A DNA stretch of 59,525 nucleotides, counting the filler, from Sphacelaria rigidula (taxonomy: Eukaryota): the NCBI GenBank assembly GCA_964200075.2. It is 10 parts of 10 records of this genome, joined end to end, with 100 filler letters (N's around TTAATTAATTAA, not from the genome) between each part and the next. Parts side by side here need not be neighbours in the genome. Positions count along the whole stretch, not along the records: positions 11,927 to 17,789 come from CAXNAA020023890.1; positions 17,890 to 23,752 come from CAXNAA020023891.1; positions 23,853 to 29,715 come from CAXNAA020023892.1; 7 more parts are not named here. The stretch is one strand, 5' to 3'. Within the stretch, counting starts at the first letter, position 1. Each line of letters begins with the position of its first letter. Of this stretch, positions 12,890 to 25,250 are shown one piece after another. The translations under genes were made by a program, and so were the position numbers. The notes beneath the pieces are model-generated. The model was not told the DNA's origin. It searched no databases and saw nothing but the letters and a program-made list of their open reading frames with translations.

Positions 12890-14090
12890 AGCTCCCTATA
12901 GCTCGAGCTAGCTCTTTTTGTAGCGTAGCTTCCTAGTGAGCTGTGAGAGCTACCTGAGCTACGCATGTTTTTCCTGGAGTGAGCCATGAGAGCTATATGA
13001 GCTACGCATGTTCACCGTACGTGAGCTATCAACCCGTAGCTCATCAGCTCAGATTCGTCCTGGGTGAGCTGTGGGAGCTGTATGCACGTTTGCGATAGGT
13101 GAATTACCAACCCGTAGCTCATCAGCTCAGATTCGTCCTGGGTGAGCTATGAGAGCTGCATGAGCTACGCATGTTTGCCCAGGGTGAACTACCAACCCGT
13201 AGCTCATCAGCTCAGATTCGCCCTGGGCGAGCTATGAGAGCTGCATGAGCTACGCATATTTGCCCCGGATGAACTTCGAGAGATGCATGCGCTACACATG
13301 TTTGCCCTAGATGAGCTATAGGAGCTGGGTGAGCTGCGAATAATTGCTCTGGGTGAGCTATGAGAGCTACGGGAGCTATGCATGATTGCACTGGTTTAGC
13401 TAAAGAGCTACGGGAGCCACGCCGATCTTGGAGTCGTTTCTACTCCGATGCACATGCACGTTGATATTATACGTACGTGACGACGGTTATATGTGCACAC
13501 ACCTGTTCCGTTTCGTGTAGCAATGGTTTTGCTTTTTGTAAACATCAACAACCAACATGACTGCATCAGAAGTCATCCGCATGATAGCCACCACATACAC
13601 ACACAACCACAAACGCACACACAACCACACACACACACACGATTCGCCGTGCATGGAGCTATCGAGCGTAGCTCATCCGCATATGTTTTCCCTAGGTGAC
13701 TGGCTATGAGAGCTATGAGAGCTGCGTGAGCTACACATATTTTTCCGGAGTGAGCTACAAGAGCTAGGTGAGCTTCACATGTTTGCCTTTGGTGAGCTAC
13801 CAGACGTGTCTCATCCGCGCATGTTTTCTCAGAGTGATCTGTGAGAGCTACATGAGCTGCACATGTTTGCGCTGGGTGAGGTACCAACCCGAAGCTCCTC
13901 AACTCAGATTCCTCCTGGGTGAGCTATGAGAGCTGCATGAGCTACGCATGTTTGCCCTGGGTGAGTTACCAACCCGTAGCTCATCAGCGCACGTTTACCT
14001 TGTAATGAGCTATAGGACGTAGCTCACATGTACATGTTTGACTACAAGTGAGCTTCTGCCCGCAGATGAGCTAGCTCATGAGCTGTACTA
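12890..14090. repeat. GAGCTA/GAGCTG-based satellite with a ~80-bp higher-order unit
   Basis: Dozens of GAGCT motifs; the unit ACCAACCCGTAGCTCATCAGCTCAGATTCG.CCTGGG.GAGCTATGAGAGCTGCATGAGCTACGCATGTTTGCCC recurs at 13030-13270 and 13880-13990. Confidence 0.9.
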
Positions 14091-14427
14091 CGTTTGCAAC
14101 CGTCACTTCTACAGTCAGTTGGTACAGCAAGGGCAGCCCACCATGTATTGCTCAGGCAATGTATCACAGCAGGACATACAGTCAGTACGGACCGTACACC
14201 ACGACAGGACAGGAGAGTGCTGCGTCTCTCTCGCGCCCCCCAGAATTTGAAATTTTGCCTGCACACCTCATAAAAAACGATGAACACTGCGTTTTCAATG
14301 TTGATTGTGCGCCGATCATGTAAGACGGGCCACTTTGAAAAATTCTGCTGAAAAACGTGCCGTTGAAAAATGGCGTTTCTGATCACGCTTTTTTATACAT
14401 GAGAAGTAGCCTAAGGCTACTTCTTAT

Positions 14428-14772
14428 CGTTTTATCCCCGAAAAGAGGGCTAGGCGGATGCTGACACCTTGGAATGACTTGCTCTACTCGCCGAGGCCGT
14501 TCCAGAGTACCTCTACGTTTTCCGTAGGTCACGGTCTCGTTTTCGGTCGAACTTGCATTTTCAACGATGAACAGTCAAGTTACCAAGAAAAACGTCAGTT
14601 TTCACCCTGTTTTTTGAAAACTTGGCCGCTTGTTATTGAAAATGAAGTTTTGGCCAAGAATGATACTTTGACCTACGTGAAACGCACACGTGCTCTGGAA
14701 CCGTCTCAGCGAGTAGAGCAAGTGATTCAAAGGTGTCTAAGTCCGCCTAGCCCTCTTTTCGGGGGAAAAACG
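14428..14772. mobile_element. Fold-back MITE with ~155-bp imperfect inverted arms
   Basis: CGTTTTATCCCCGAAAAGAGGGCTAGGCGGA..CTTGCTCTACTCGC.GAG is mirrored by CTCAGCGAGTAGAGCAAG..TCCGCCTAGCCCTCTTTTCGGGGGAAAAACG. Confidence 0.85.
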
Positions 14773-14919
14773 ACGGAGAAGGGCCAGAAATGCACTTTTC
14801 AACAAGGTTTACTTTTTGATACGTAAGAAATAGCCTAAGCACATGCGCTGTTTTTAAAACATATGTGTTTGGAGATTTCAGCATAACAAAGGCATATGCG
14901 CTGAGTTTTACGCATAACT

Positions 14920-15150
14920 TGACGCATACAGTAAATTCGACTCAACGTCGACGCGGGAAAGGAACTGCTGATCCCCTCTCGCTTCAAAAAATGAAGCCAA
15001 GCACCCCACAAGGAAGGTTTTTAAAAACAAATAAAGAACAAGCTCCTGTGTTGACCTTCCTCCAGTGTGACCCCGACTGGTGCGCCCACATATACCGAAA
15101 GATGTAGACCGGCGTGCAGAATAGATGGGACGACAACACACACACACAAC
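14920..15150 (-). repeat. Dispersed ~230-bp repeat (SINE-like); copies at 21775-21832(-), 46921-47165(+), 54375-54460(+), 56100-56335(-)
   Basis: Shared core CCCATCTATTCTG..CGCC.GTCTAC.CCTTTCGG.ATATGTGGGCGCA.CAGCCGGGGTCACACAGGAGGAAGG.CAAC. Confidence 0.85.
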
Positions 15151-18003
15151 ATATGGTACTCCAACGGGATTATGCACCCCATGTACAGCAGCTAGTAGCT
15201 GCCCACGAATGTCCATGTGGCGTGGTTCGTGTAGCCGTGGCGTTTGTATTCGTAATTTCCTTTTTTGAACTTTGTTGCGGGTCTGATATCGGTTATGGTG
15301 CTGTGTGTGAGCAACTTCATATTTATGCATGGAGAGTTTACAGAATCTGAAACTGATGGAGAAAAAAAAAAGGAAATATCGAAATGTCCATCGTGCCGTC
15401 TTGTTTTCTTACCGGAAGGTACGTCCCATGGGCGGTGTCGCCAGGAACCCGCCAGGAACCGCCTTAAGAAGAACGCGAAAAAGGCGCATAGGTCGCGCAT
15501 ATTTCACCAAAATACGCATAAGTCGGCGCATGATGTTATCTTTTGAACGTGCAAAAAAAGGAAAAGACGCACATGAAAAAAAAAAATGCGCATAAAAAGC
15601 AAAAGCCTAGATTGACCCAGCCCTGGTTGTATTGTACAGTTAGCAGACGCATGTATGGAACAACCACTTGCCAAGAGTTCAAAATGTGATGCCTCAACAT
15701 GGGGGATATAACAGCGTGAGCACACGATTTCGATTTCGATTTCGACTTCCTTGTGGATCTCGGAGGAACGGCAGCGGGTTAGTTGTTGCCAATCAGCGCT
15801 GCCGAGAGAAAAATGCAGCAAAGATCTCCGGCTTGGGACGGTGTCGCCCATGTGATTGGGCCCCGAGCGGTAGATCAGATCAGGCCAGAGAGCACATCCC
15901 GGTCCTCACGGGTCGGGAATAGTGGTGGCAACTTGTGATGAAGCAGGCATATTTGCCGGCAAGTACGTTTGGGCACGATGCGGTTTGGGCAGAGTTCACC
16001 ACGCGTGGGCTACGAATGGGTTTTCCCTACTGCTTTGCGGACACGAGATCTTTTGATCGTTTCTTGATGCCAGAGTTGGGGATTCTACTGGTGCGGTAAT
16101 CCCTTGCGCCTGCGGCGGCAGATGAGCCTCGATTTACCCACGCACAGACCGTGGTGATGAGTCTGTCGCAAGATGAAACGGCGAGTCGTGAGTGGATCTC
16201 GTTCAGTTTTTCATGTGTAGGATGCGGTTCCGCCGGGGATGTGGCGATAGGGCGTTTTCGTGTCTGTGATCCGTCGGCAATAGCGCGAGCATGAGCAGAT
16301 TGAGTACCTGCCCTCCTGGCCCACGTTACCTAGTTGGATATGGATATCTCCTCATTTTTTTGCCCGCCTCATGCCAATGTTCATGTTCCAAACTATGGAC
16401 TGCTCGTGGCAGAGTGGGTGTTCCAGCGTTCAGCTCGTTTGATTCTGTGTGCGACATGCGAGAATCCGCTCCCCATCGTGGATATGAGGACGGGCGTTGC
16501 ACAATGTCGTCGTGCCATTATCCGGAATTATATCTAGCAGCCCATACTCTCAAAACGACGAAGGTATAAAATCTGTTTTTTTCCGTCAGATTCCCCACGT
16601 CATGGCGGCCACGCAATTCTTTGTGGTGCAGGCGTTGTGCGCCAAATCTGTCGGACATTTCCATTGATAATTTCGGCACAAACTTGAGGCCTCTAAAGGG
16701 CCAACGTAGTTGTGCCCCACGGCCAGCGCGTCGACAAGGAAGAAAATTAAAAATTGTCTGTGCCACAGTCGTCGCTTCATCTTTGGGGTCACCATTGCAC
16801 CAAATATGTTCAAGTTCGCCCACTTTTTCGTCCTGAATATAGTATCGAAGAAGTTATGGACATTCACCCTGAAGCAGCCCGCCCGCGATGCCAGAGTTCG
16901 AAGGAAACTTCCTCTGGCACGTGAACAAGAAGGGTTGGAGGAGCCGTTGCATGCGTGCACGAAAGATTTAGAGGTGGATGCGGCATATGATGGTAATAAC
17001 TCCCCAAGATATGTGAAGGATACAGGTGCAGTCGGTGGCCTCGACCATTCGGCGATGTCACAGTCAGTAATGACACCCAAAAACTTCACAAGGGATGAGC
17101 TCAGAACGAGGTTTTAAAATAATTGTACTTTTAACTCCGCCCTCACACGTTTAACTCCGCCCTCACACGTTACGCGCACGACAGCACGAGGCGTTTCCAC
17201 ACGCTACAGTAGTGGGCGGTCTAATTATTCATTTCGTGGCGATTTGTGATATTTTTCCGTGATCGTCGGTATTCTTGGGCTCTTTTCGCTTGCCACCGCC
17301 TGTCAGATCGGGGATGTAAATATATTTTTATCCGCTCCACAACCCATGAAAACTAACTGTTATGTGCTTAATATTGAGTGACTTACAGGCTGACCGATCA
17401 TCGGGGGTCCTGCCACAAAGACGTTAAATGTAATGCCGTATTAGCTCTCCGCACCAAGTTGCATAGTTCACCTCTCAAAGTCTAGGGAAGGCTGGGCTAA
17501 TTAGAATCCGGATAGGTCGGGATTCGGAACAGGAACAGTAGTTTCCACACAACTTTTGCGGCACAGGTTTTCGTACTTGTATGTGGTGTGGGGTGTCGCT
17601 AGGGCATGATAACCCAATTGCAGTGAAAGCAGGTGATTCTTGACAAATCTTGTCGTGAGGTAAGTCCGTGACAGTGCAGTCCACACCATCTGAACCCTCA
17701 CGGCAACGGTGTCTGTGCTTCGCCACCGACCACCCCCCCCCCCCCGAGGCGCAACCCCCCCAGACGACGAATGCCACTCAGCCATCTACNNNNNNNNNNN
17801 NNNNNNNNNNNNNNNNNNNNNNNNNNNNNNNNNTTAATTAATTAANNNNNNNNNNNNNNNNNNNNNNNNNNNNNNNNNNNNNNNNNNNNTATCCCCGCGC
17901 CCTATGGTACATTGGGGTACCATATGACATATCTTCACGCATCGATTCTCACGCCCCCCCCCCCCCCCTCCCTTCCCCCCTTGCGTCCTCCGCTAATGTC
18001 CAG

Positions 18004-18432
18004 GCCGCCAAAATGCAAGCGTCCTCTGTGGTGCACCTCATTGACCATGACGATACGTCATTCCGCCTAATCGTACACAGTGACTCGGGTAACACCCAGG
18101 ACCAGCACTTCATTATCGGAGGTCAACCGAGACCCAACGCCAACCACTCCACCCCCACCACTGCCTCCCAGACGACCAGCTCGGCCACCCTTGCTAGCAT
18201 GCGGTGGGCCAAGAACGGACAGGCGCTGGTGCTGACCAGCATAGACGCTGCGTCAGGGGATGAGATGACGGTAACGAGGCAGCTCACTGCCGGGGGCTCG
18301 ATCATGGTGCAGCACTACCGCGCCCGTCGCGTCGTCTCGGGAGAGACGGCACAGGCGGTGACTATATTCCGCAGGATGGTTCGGAGCACCCAGCAAGCGG
18401 AGCAGCAGGCCAACCAAAACCCGGCGCAGTAG
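18004..18432 (+). CDS. Terminal exon of a FABP/lipocalin (calycin)-like beta-barrel protein
   Basis: Pyrimidine tract, CTAAT branch point and CCAG| acceptor, then a GC-rich open frame to TAG: ..MRWAKNGQALVLTSID..EMTVTRQLTAGGSIMVQHY..GETAQAVTIFRR. This resembles the C-terminal strands of FABP-like folds; the family call is tentative. Confidence 0.7.
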   Translation, partial: AAKMQASSVVHLIDHDDTSFRLIVHSDSGNTQDQHFIIGGQPRPNANHSTPTTASQTTSSATLASMRWAKNGQALVLTSIDAASGDEMTVTRQLTAGGSIMVQHYRARRVVSGETAQAVTIFRRMVRSTQQAEQQANQNPAQ

Positions 18433-18619
18433 TTGGGCTTGCATTAGGGAGCTGGTTGTATGGCATTCAATGACGTGTGATGTACGCCTGATGGCGTATG
18501 TTTTTCTTGTGGGGTGCTCGCTCTTGTGCCGTGTCTTGTGAACTCTTATTACTGGTGTTTGGAGAGGGGGGACGAAGGGAGGGGATGGGTATCGCTTGAG
18601 TGATTGTATGTTCGCGGGA

Positions 18620-18835
18620 AAAGATTTGTGTTGGGTAGGATAAATACTCGGGTATTTACTCTCCCGAGTTTTGTGTTGCAATGGCCCGATCTCCAAACGC
18701 TACCCAAGTATTGGGAATGTTGAGCATGATCTTGCACTCTGCCTATAATCTGGGTATTATTTCAGTACGATCTCAATACTCTCCGTACCCCAAGTTTTGG
18801 GTAGTTTGAAGTTTGATTTTTTTTTCAATTTACCC
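18620..18835 (+). repeat. Dispersed repeat, second copy at ~37950-38190
   Basis: GGGTAGG.TAAA.AC.C.GGTATTT.CTCTCCCGA.TTTTGT.TTG..ATGG.CC.ATCTC..TACCCAA.TATTGGG..CAGTACGATCTCAAT in both copies. Confidence 0.75.
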
Positions 18836-18899
18836 AGATGAAGGAAGTGCACTACCCAACAACCTTATTTTCAAAGTCGAGTGGCCTCAACGAAGTTAC

Positions 18900-19560
18900 G
18901 TACGTGGTGCCGAGCTGTCAAGAATCAGGACTGGGTGTTTGCGTACACATACGCTCGGGAATGTATGTTGGCCTTCTAGCGCATTTTGAGCACCATGATC
19001 GGGAGCTGTGTACCCCCTCTTTGTTGATGATTCACTCGTTCGCACAAGGGATGGTGGCATTTGAATGGGCCGGAGCAGTAGTGTGTTGGTTTTGCATGAT
19101 TGTACGGTGTGAAGTAGTTCGTGGACCCGACATGGTCTTGTTAAGTGGGGAGTGGTGGAGCGTGGATGTCGGTAGGGTTTGAGTTGCAGTCAGCGCTTTT
19201 TTCAGTGGAGGTCGGGGAGAGCGTGTAGTCGCGGCTGGTTGCGCCTTGCTGTTGGAAATGTTTTTGGTGTAGGCAACGAGCTTTCACCCTCGATGGTCGT
19301 TTGTCGGAAATCGCACACGTTCAGGCCCCCTACTTTATACCTGGGCAGACGAATGTGGTGGGAGCCAAAGGTCTCATGACTCTCGAGTCGCGGTAAAAGG
19401 TTTCGGTTAGTAGCACCCAGTAGACACTGAACTGACGTACGCGACCTGGTTGCTGCGTCGCGAGTTTTAGAAAGCTGGGTGCCCACGCTAGTCTCCTTGG
19501 TTATTTGGCGGATTTTACGCGCTACCCAAATATTATGGTTGCATCACGCCGTCGCTGACT
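18900..19560 (-). mobile_element. Degraded non-LTR retrotransposon (LINE) fragment, region downstream of RT
   Basis: LPRYKVGGLNVCDFRQ matches the LINE ORF2 'LP...GGLG..D' motif; surrounding frames are broken. Confidence 0.5.
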
Positions 19561-22500
19561 CTATTTTTGAGAGCAACATTACGCACGAGCTATATGTTGC
19601 TGTTCGAACTTACGATGTGCTACCATGGCGACAAGTAACGGCAAGTGCATTACTTGGGTACAGTCTTTAGTAGTAGTTAGGATTAGACCTCTGGTACTGG
19701 TTCTACATGATCAACGCTAGAAGAATTCGCTTTTTCGTCAACAGCACGTACGTGCGGGGGCCTGGTCGGGGAGAGATGTTGGCATATTACATGTGTCTTG
19801 TGCGCGGGGGTCATTGATCACTGTATCTTTGATTTCGCGCGCGTGTTTTTTCTCCTTTTCTGTTGCGACCGAACAACACGTTTTGTCTCCCTTGGGAGAG
19901 GCGTGGGTCGTGTTGTCTGTAGTTGTACCGTATGTACGTGGAGTGGTTCTTGTGTGACATACGTTTTCTGGACAACGTGGTTTTTCGTCGTCCGTTGTAA
20001 ATAAAAGAGTTCAACGACAGGAGGAGGAGGGGAAGTAGTGCTCAAGCACTATCGGAGGGATAGGGGAAGATGATTGAAAAATATTGCTGTATTTTTGTTT
20101 TTGAATTGGAGGAACTCAACCTGGTCTAGTCGAAGTGCCGCATGTATTTTTTTCTTCCCTTGAAGGAGAAGAAGTCACCCAACACTTACCCCGCAAGCGG
20201 GTTCGAGTGTTGACTACCCGAGGCTTGGATAGACTGCCTCGCATCAGTCATGTGGGGTAGACACCTCGAGCGTTCGGAAATTTTGCTCAAGGCAAGTGTG
20301 GGGGTCCAACCCACTAAAACCCCGCTCTGTCAACTCGGCGCAGTGCACGTGCGGCCGTATTCTTATGAGCTTCGGCCCTATTATGTGCACTGTTGTGGAT
20401 GGACGGTGAAGACAGCAATGACATGTTGGTGTCGACAAAGAGATCATGTCGTTGTACAAACGTGCACAAATATACTAGGTGCCATGCTGTGGGATAACAT
20501 ACATTGACTGTTGCCTCCAGTGCGAGGGCGCTCAAACCATGGCAGCATCGTTGTTCAACTCATTGATATCATTTTGATAACATATTGTAACAGGCGATCC
20601 TGATAAATGGGAACGAGATTTCGGGGAACGAACAGAGGTCGAAAAGTTCATATAATGTATTGAACCTAGAACCCGTCGAAGGTTGCCTTCTTCAACGCAC
20701 GTTTGTTTGTCGGATTGTACTGTAGGTTCAGTATCATACATGGTGTGCAAATTCGACCTCAGTTTGTTCACACGAAAATCTCGTTCCCATTTTCAGGATC
20801 GCATGTTTCATGTACAGTATAATAGTGAGCGCAACTTCCACACTTGGGAAGATACCACGAGTAAAGACCTTTGCACAAAACTGCTTGTCTGCTGTAGGGT
20901 GAGATTTGTGATGTATATATTTTGAACACGGGATTTTCCAAATAGGGAAATGATTTTTTTATTGAGGATGAATATTGGGGAAGCTTCACATACGCATCGA
21001 AACACTTTCGAAAAGGAAATACAAATGCAAATGCACTGTTGTCCGCCCGTACATGTATTGTCTCTCACTCATTCTAGAAAAACGTTCATCTGAAATTAAT
21101 TGGTGAAATTAGTTTTTTTATTCCGAACAATATCGTCCTCCGGTTATTCCGGCACAAATTGGTATTTATCTAAATCCATTAAAAAACACGGGACATTACA
21201 AATTGCGGGTGTTTTTTTCTTTTTATGAATGAACGAGGCTGCACATCACGGCGGGAGAGAGCATTTTGTATTTCTGTTTCGAAAATATTTCGAAGCGTAT
21301 GAAGTTTCCCAAAGTTCATACTCAATAAAAAACCCATCCCCAATTTGTATAATCCTGTGTTACTGGCCTTGTCAATCAGCAGAGATCTAGAACACTGGGT
21401 TTTCCCGCAGAGATGGTCGGGTAATACCTGATCCTGACGAAATGGCCCTCCAGGTCTTCAACGCTTTCTGTAACAGCTTGCTCTCGGTGAGTGAAGCCTC
21501 TGATATTATCCCCGAGTAGGAAATAAATGGACTGTTGTAGCTACACGCACACGACAGACATCATTGTTGCAGGCAACATACACACAGACAAAAATCAAAT
21601 GAAAATTGGTCAACCTACAGTATCCCGAATGAATTTGAAAACGGGAGTGTCCTGACCCATACTCTTGTGGAGCTCTCATCTTTGAGAGCCCCTGAATGAG
21701 AAACGTCTAGGCCCAAATGTGCAACCTTTCCTCAACAGGAAACAAGCGTCACCTTCTCAACCAACCACGTGAAATCTCCTATGTTGGCCTTCCTCTTGTT
21801 GTTGTGTGGCCCCCGCTGATGCGCCCACATCCAAGTAAATCACTCACTGTGAAAGAGGTATCAAACTCGAGGTTCCCTGTACATTTCACACTAATTCTTA
21901 TTATAGTCAAATACGTCAGGAACCTCGAGTTTGAGATACCTCTAATATTTTTTTCGCTCGCCCGCCTCTTAAAACACGCGGAAAAGTCCGCGCCTTGAAG
22001 TCAGAGTGTTCACCGTCAGTACGTAGAGAAAGGCATTTTTCACGTTTTCTCCGTCGGTATACTATGTATTCGGGAGATTGAGAGTACTCGTAGAGGGTGC
22101 TCGTACGATGGAGAGAGTGAGAAACGCTCAATTAATGAATGAACCATTTCAGTTCCGAAATGCCCCTCCACGGCCCCCGATGCGCTTCTTGTAGTAGCTC
22201 GCCAGCCACTAAAGCCCTTGATATCCCTAAGTAGGATATCGAGGTGTAGCTGTAAGCACACGCCAGTGTTACAGGCAAAGAATACCCACACAAGATGTAA
22301 AGTTGGTCACGTTAAAGCGAATGATAAAGCCCCCTCTCAATCAACGTTTTACTCTCAATCTCACGAAAACACAGTGTTATACGTCGTTTTGTCCTGCGTG
22401 AACACCAGGAAGCATGGGTGCTATGGCTCAGTTACTACAGCTTCCCTCCTGCCCTCGTGTTCGTACTGTAGTGATGATAACGATAATCCAACACCATCAT

Positions 22501-23179
22501 CAGTCTGCTCCCAGATACACGGGGATACCAACTCCCTCCCCATTGCAACGAGCACAGAGGAAGTTACCCCGATCGACGGGGTGATTACCCGGAGCAACTG
22601 TTGGCTGTGAGGATGTGAGGCGGGAGTTTCTCTTGGGGAGAAGAAAGTAAGTCGTGAGTGAGGCTACGATCAATGATTGTGGTACATACCGTACCAACTC
22701 CACCGAACAGCATGCCACAACCTTCCGTTTGTGATCGCCCTGCAGATGAGGATACGCCGAATCCTTACCGATATTCAAGCAGACAAATCTTGTGGTACAG
22801 CAGCACCGCTTCGTTCTGTCTCAACTTCTACCCGAGAATCATGGCGAATTTCAATTGCTGGAATGACATTTGCCCGAAGGACTGCTCGCATCCGATGAGC
22901 CACAAAGGCCACACCGCTACACACGAGACACACAGAGACGACAAGCAGCAGCAAATATTGTTTCACTCAAACTCACCTGAAAACTACCGGGGATACGTGA
23001 TTCCTCGGAGTTTACCCCGGACACATGTTACGATGGGAGGGGGGGGGGGGGAATGCTCTTGGCCAGCCAACAATGGGTGGTTTTCTCGCTTAGGTGACGC
23101 ACGAGGCGATATCAGGAGTTGAAAGCTCAAGAGTCGTCGAATTGGGCCGTGCGTGCAACATTTTCCGTGACGCTGCTGC

Positions 23180-23425
23180 ACCCATATAATTCAAGTGATA
23201 AAGGACTCCAATTATGAAAGTCATGAGTTCGAACCCCGACAGGGTGTTTTTTTGTCCGTCGTTGAGGTGATAAGTTACGCAGTACATGTTTTTTTCATCC
23301 AGCGGCGGTGCTGTGTTGTACCAGGTTGGTCTGCACTTCACAGTGATATGCTTACATCGGGTTCATTTGGGAAGGTAGGAAAGCTGTGGCAAAGCAAAGT
23401 TGGTGTGAGCAAGTTTTTGCCCCTT
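23180..23425 (+). mobile_element. tRNA-derived SINE, family 2; second copy at ~28030-28290
   Basis: A-box-like TAATTCAAGTGATAA and B-box GAGTTCGAACCCC. Body TCCGTCGTTGAGGT..CAGCGGCGGTGC..GGTCTGCACT.CACAG.GATATGCT is shared; both copies end in TGGCCCAGCTCGTA. Confidence 0.65.
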
Positions 23426-23543
23426 TTAACCCTTAGACCGCGAGATTAGTCTTTCTGGACCATGCACACTTTTTTTCATTTAAAATTTTGAAATTAATTG
23501 ATGCCGATCCAACAGAAGACTAACCTCGCGGTCCAAGGGTTAA
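23426..23543. mobile_element. piggyBac-like MITE flanked by TTAA, inserted in the SINE tail
   Basis: TTAA-CCCTTAGACCGCGAG ... CTCGCGGTCCAAGGG-TTAA. Confidence 0.8.
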
Positions 23544-23913
23544 GATGGCCCAGCTCGTATTACGGGCCATTTCTTCCACGAAATTTCTCTTGAAAAATAG
23601 TTGTTGAAAGCAGCAACGAATAACGTTTTCGTGAGACTGAAAATAGAGCGCGGATTAAACAGCCAATCATCTATGTTGACTTGAGGATGGTGCTTTTGAT
23701 TGAGGATGAGAACCCGGAGGATTAAAATCTTCGTATCCACACTAAATCTTCGNNNNNNNNNNNNNNNNNNNNNNNNNNNNNNNNNNNNNNNNNNNNTTAA
23801 TTAATTAANNNNNNNNNNNNNNNNNNNNNNNNNNNNNNNNNNNNNNNNNNNNCGGATGTCTCGGGACTGTCAGCCTGTACAACTGTTCCGAGGCGACGCT
23901 CGTCGTCTAAGGG

Positions 23914-24130
23914 TTAACCCTTAGACCGCGGTGCGGGTAGTCTATCTGGATCATGCATACTTTTTTCAAGTGGACATATTGATGCCGATTCAGCTGGTGA
24001 CCTACCCTCGCGGTCCAAGGGTTAACCCTTGGACCGCGAGGGTAGGTCACAGCTGAATTGGCATCAATTTTCACTCGAAAAACGTATGAATGATTCAGAT
24101 GGACTACCCGCACCGCGGTCTAAGGGTTAA
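23914..24130. mobile_element. Two inverted copies of the piggyBac-like MITE sharing a central TTAA (24022-24025)
   Basis: TTAACCCTTAGACCGCGGTGCGGG..CGCGGTCCAAGGGTTAACCCTTGGACCGCG..CCCGCACCGCGGTCTAAGGGTTAA; a remnant end GTCTAAGGG precedes 23914. Confidence 0.85.
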
Positions 24131-24939
24131 ACTACGGGCTGCAGTATTTTGGAATACTACAGTCCGATCCTTGTGCCAAGGACGAGGCCTGGTTTTACTG
24201 CTACTACTCCGATCTCGATTTTCTTTTGTTACTTTTTCGTTTAGAACTGGTTCTGAACGAATTAGTAACGCCTCCGAGTTCTCGGCTCACCACAGTGGCC
24301 GTTTGAGTATGTCCTGCCGCCACCAGCCTCGTTGCTCTGTCTCTTGTCTGCATAAATAAATAAATAAATAAATACATAAATACATACGAGGCGGGTTCTG
24401 CAGTACAGTTGATGGATTGACGTCGCACTCGCACGTAATCCTCCATCACAGTAAGGCACAATCTCGTGGGACGAACGTGCCACGGACTCGTTCCAAGGAA
24501 GGGTGCGAGTGATGGGGGTGTACTCATGATCATGCATGCCATAGTCATCAGACCATTGATGGTACGAGTGATGGGGGGGGGGGAATGCCAAGATGCACAA
24601 ACACATCATACCAACTTTAATCTACACACTACAGCCGTCTTGCTTGTACTCAGATACTACTGCTGTTCCTATACAGTACTATAAAACGCGGAATCCCTGG
24701 GACAAAATGGTGCAACAAAAATACCTAATTCTCCATAAATGGGGCTACCACCTGCTGTGCTACCGCAGTGGGCGACACGGACGTGACTTAACGGCAGCGT
24801 AAATCTCACGCGAGCTTTGTCGTTCGAAAATAGTCCACGGCTGTAACTTCAGGGTATTTTAGTATGGACGTTGACCGTAGAATATTTTGGGAGCTGATAG
24901 ATCCAAGTCGTCGCGCCAGCAAATGCAGCACGCCTTCTG

Positions 24940-25250
24940 GCTAATGTCGGTCGCGTCCCAAGATGCATGATATTCCAGGGCTTTGCCACGGGATGACGGC
25001 AGGGGACGGGACGAAACAGCTGCGCCTGGGAAAAAAGCAGGCTGGACGGGACATTCATGAAGTGTATACGGATGGGTCGGGACTGACATCCCTGAAAAAA
25101 TGACGGATAGAAAGAACAAAATATCTCGATCCGTCCCGAATTTTACGGGAGGAATGACTCACGTCCCGTGAGATTCCCGTCCTGTCCTGTCCTGTCCCGC
25201 CCCCAACCTTACGGGACAAACGACCGTTGTTCCGTGAGATTCCAGTCCCA
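24940..25250. repeat. GGGAC/GTCCC-rich MITE-like repeat; related copy at 28390-28830
   Basis: Clusters of GGGACGG/CCGTCCC; CCGTGAGATTC is shared between the two loci. Confidence 0.6.

Noticed and set aside
15700..17117. Coding gene or LINE RT in contig 3
   Set aside because: It looks like decayed coding or TE sequence, but I could not anchor a diagnostic motif, so it is left uncalled.
20540..23120. Additional host exons in contig 4
   Set aside because: Candidate frames contain stops and give no phase-consistent splice chain or recognisable domain.
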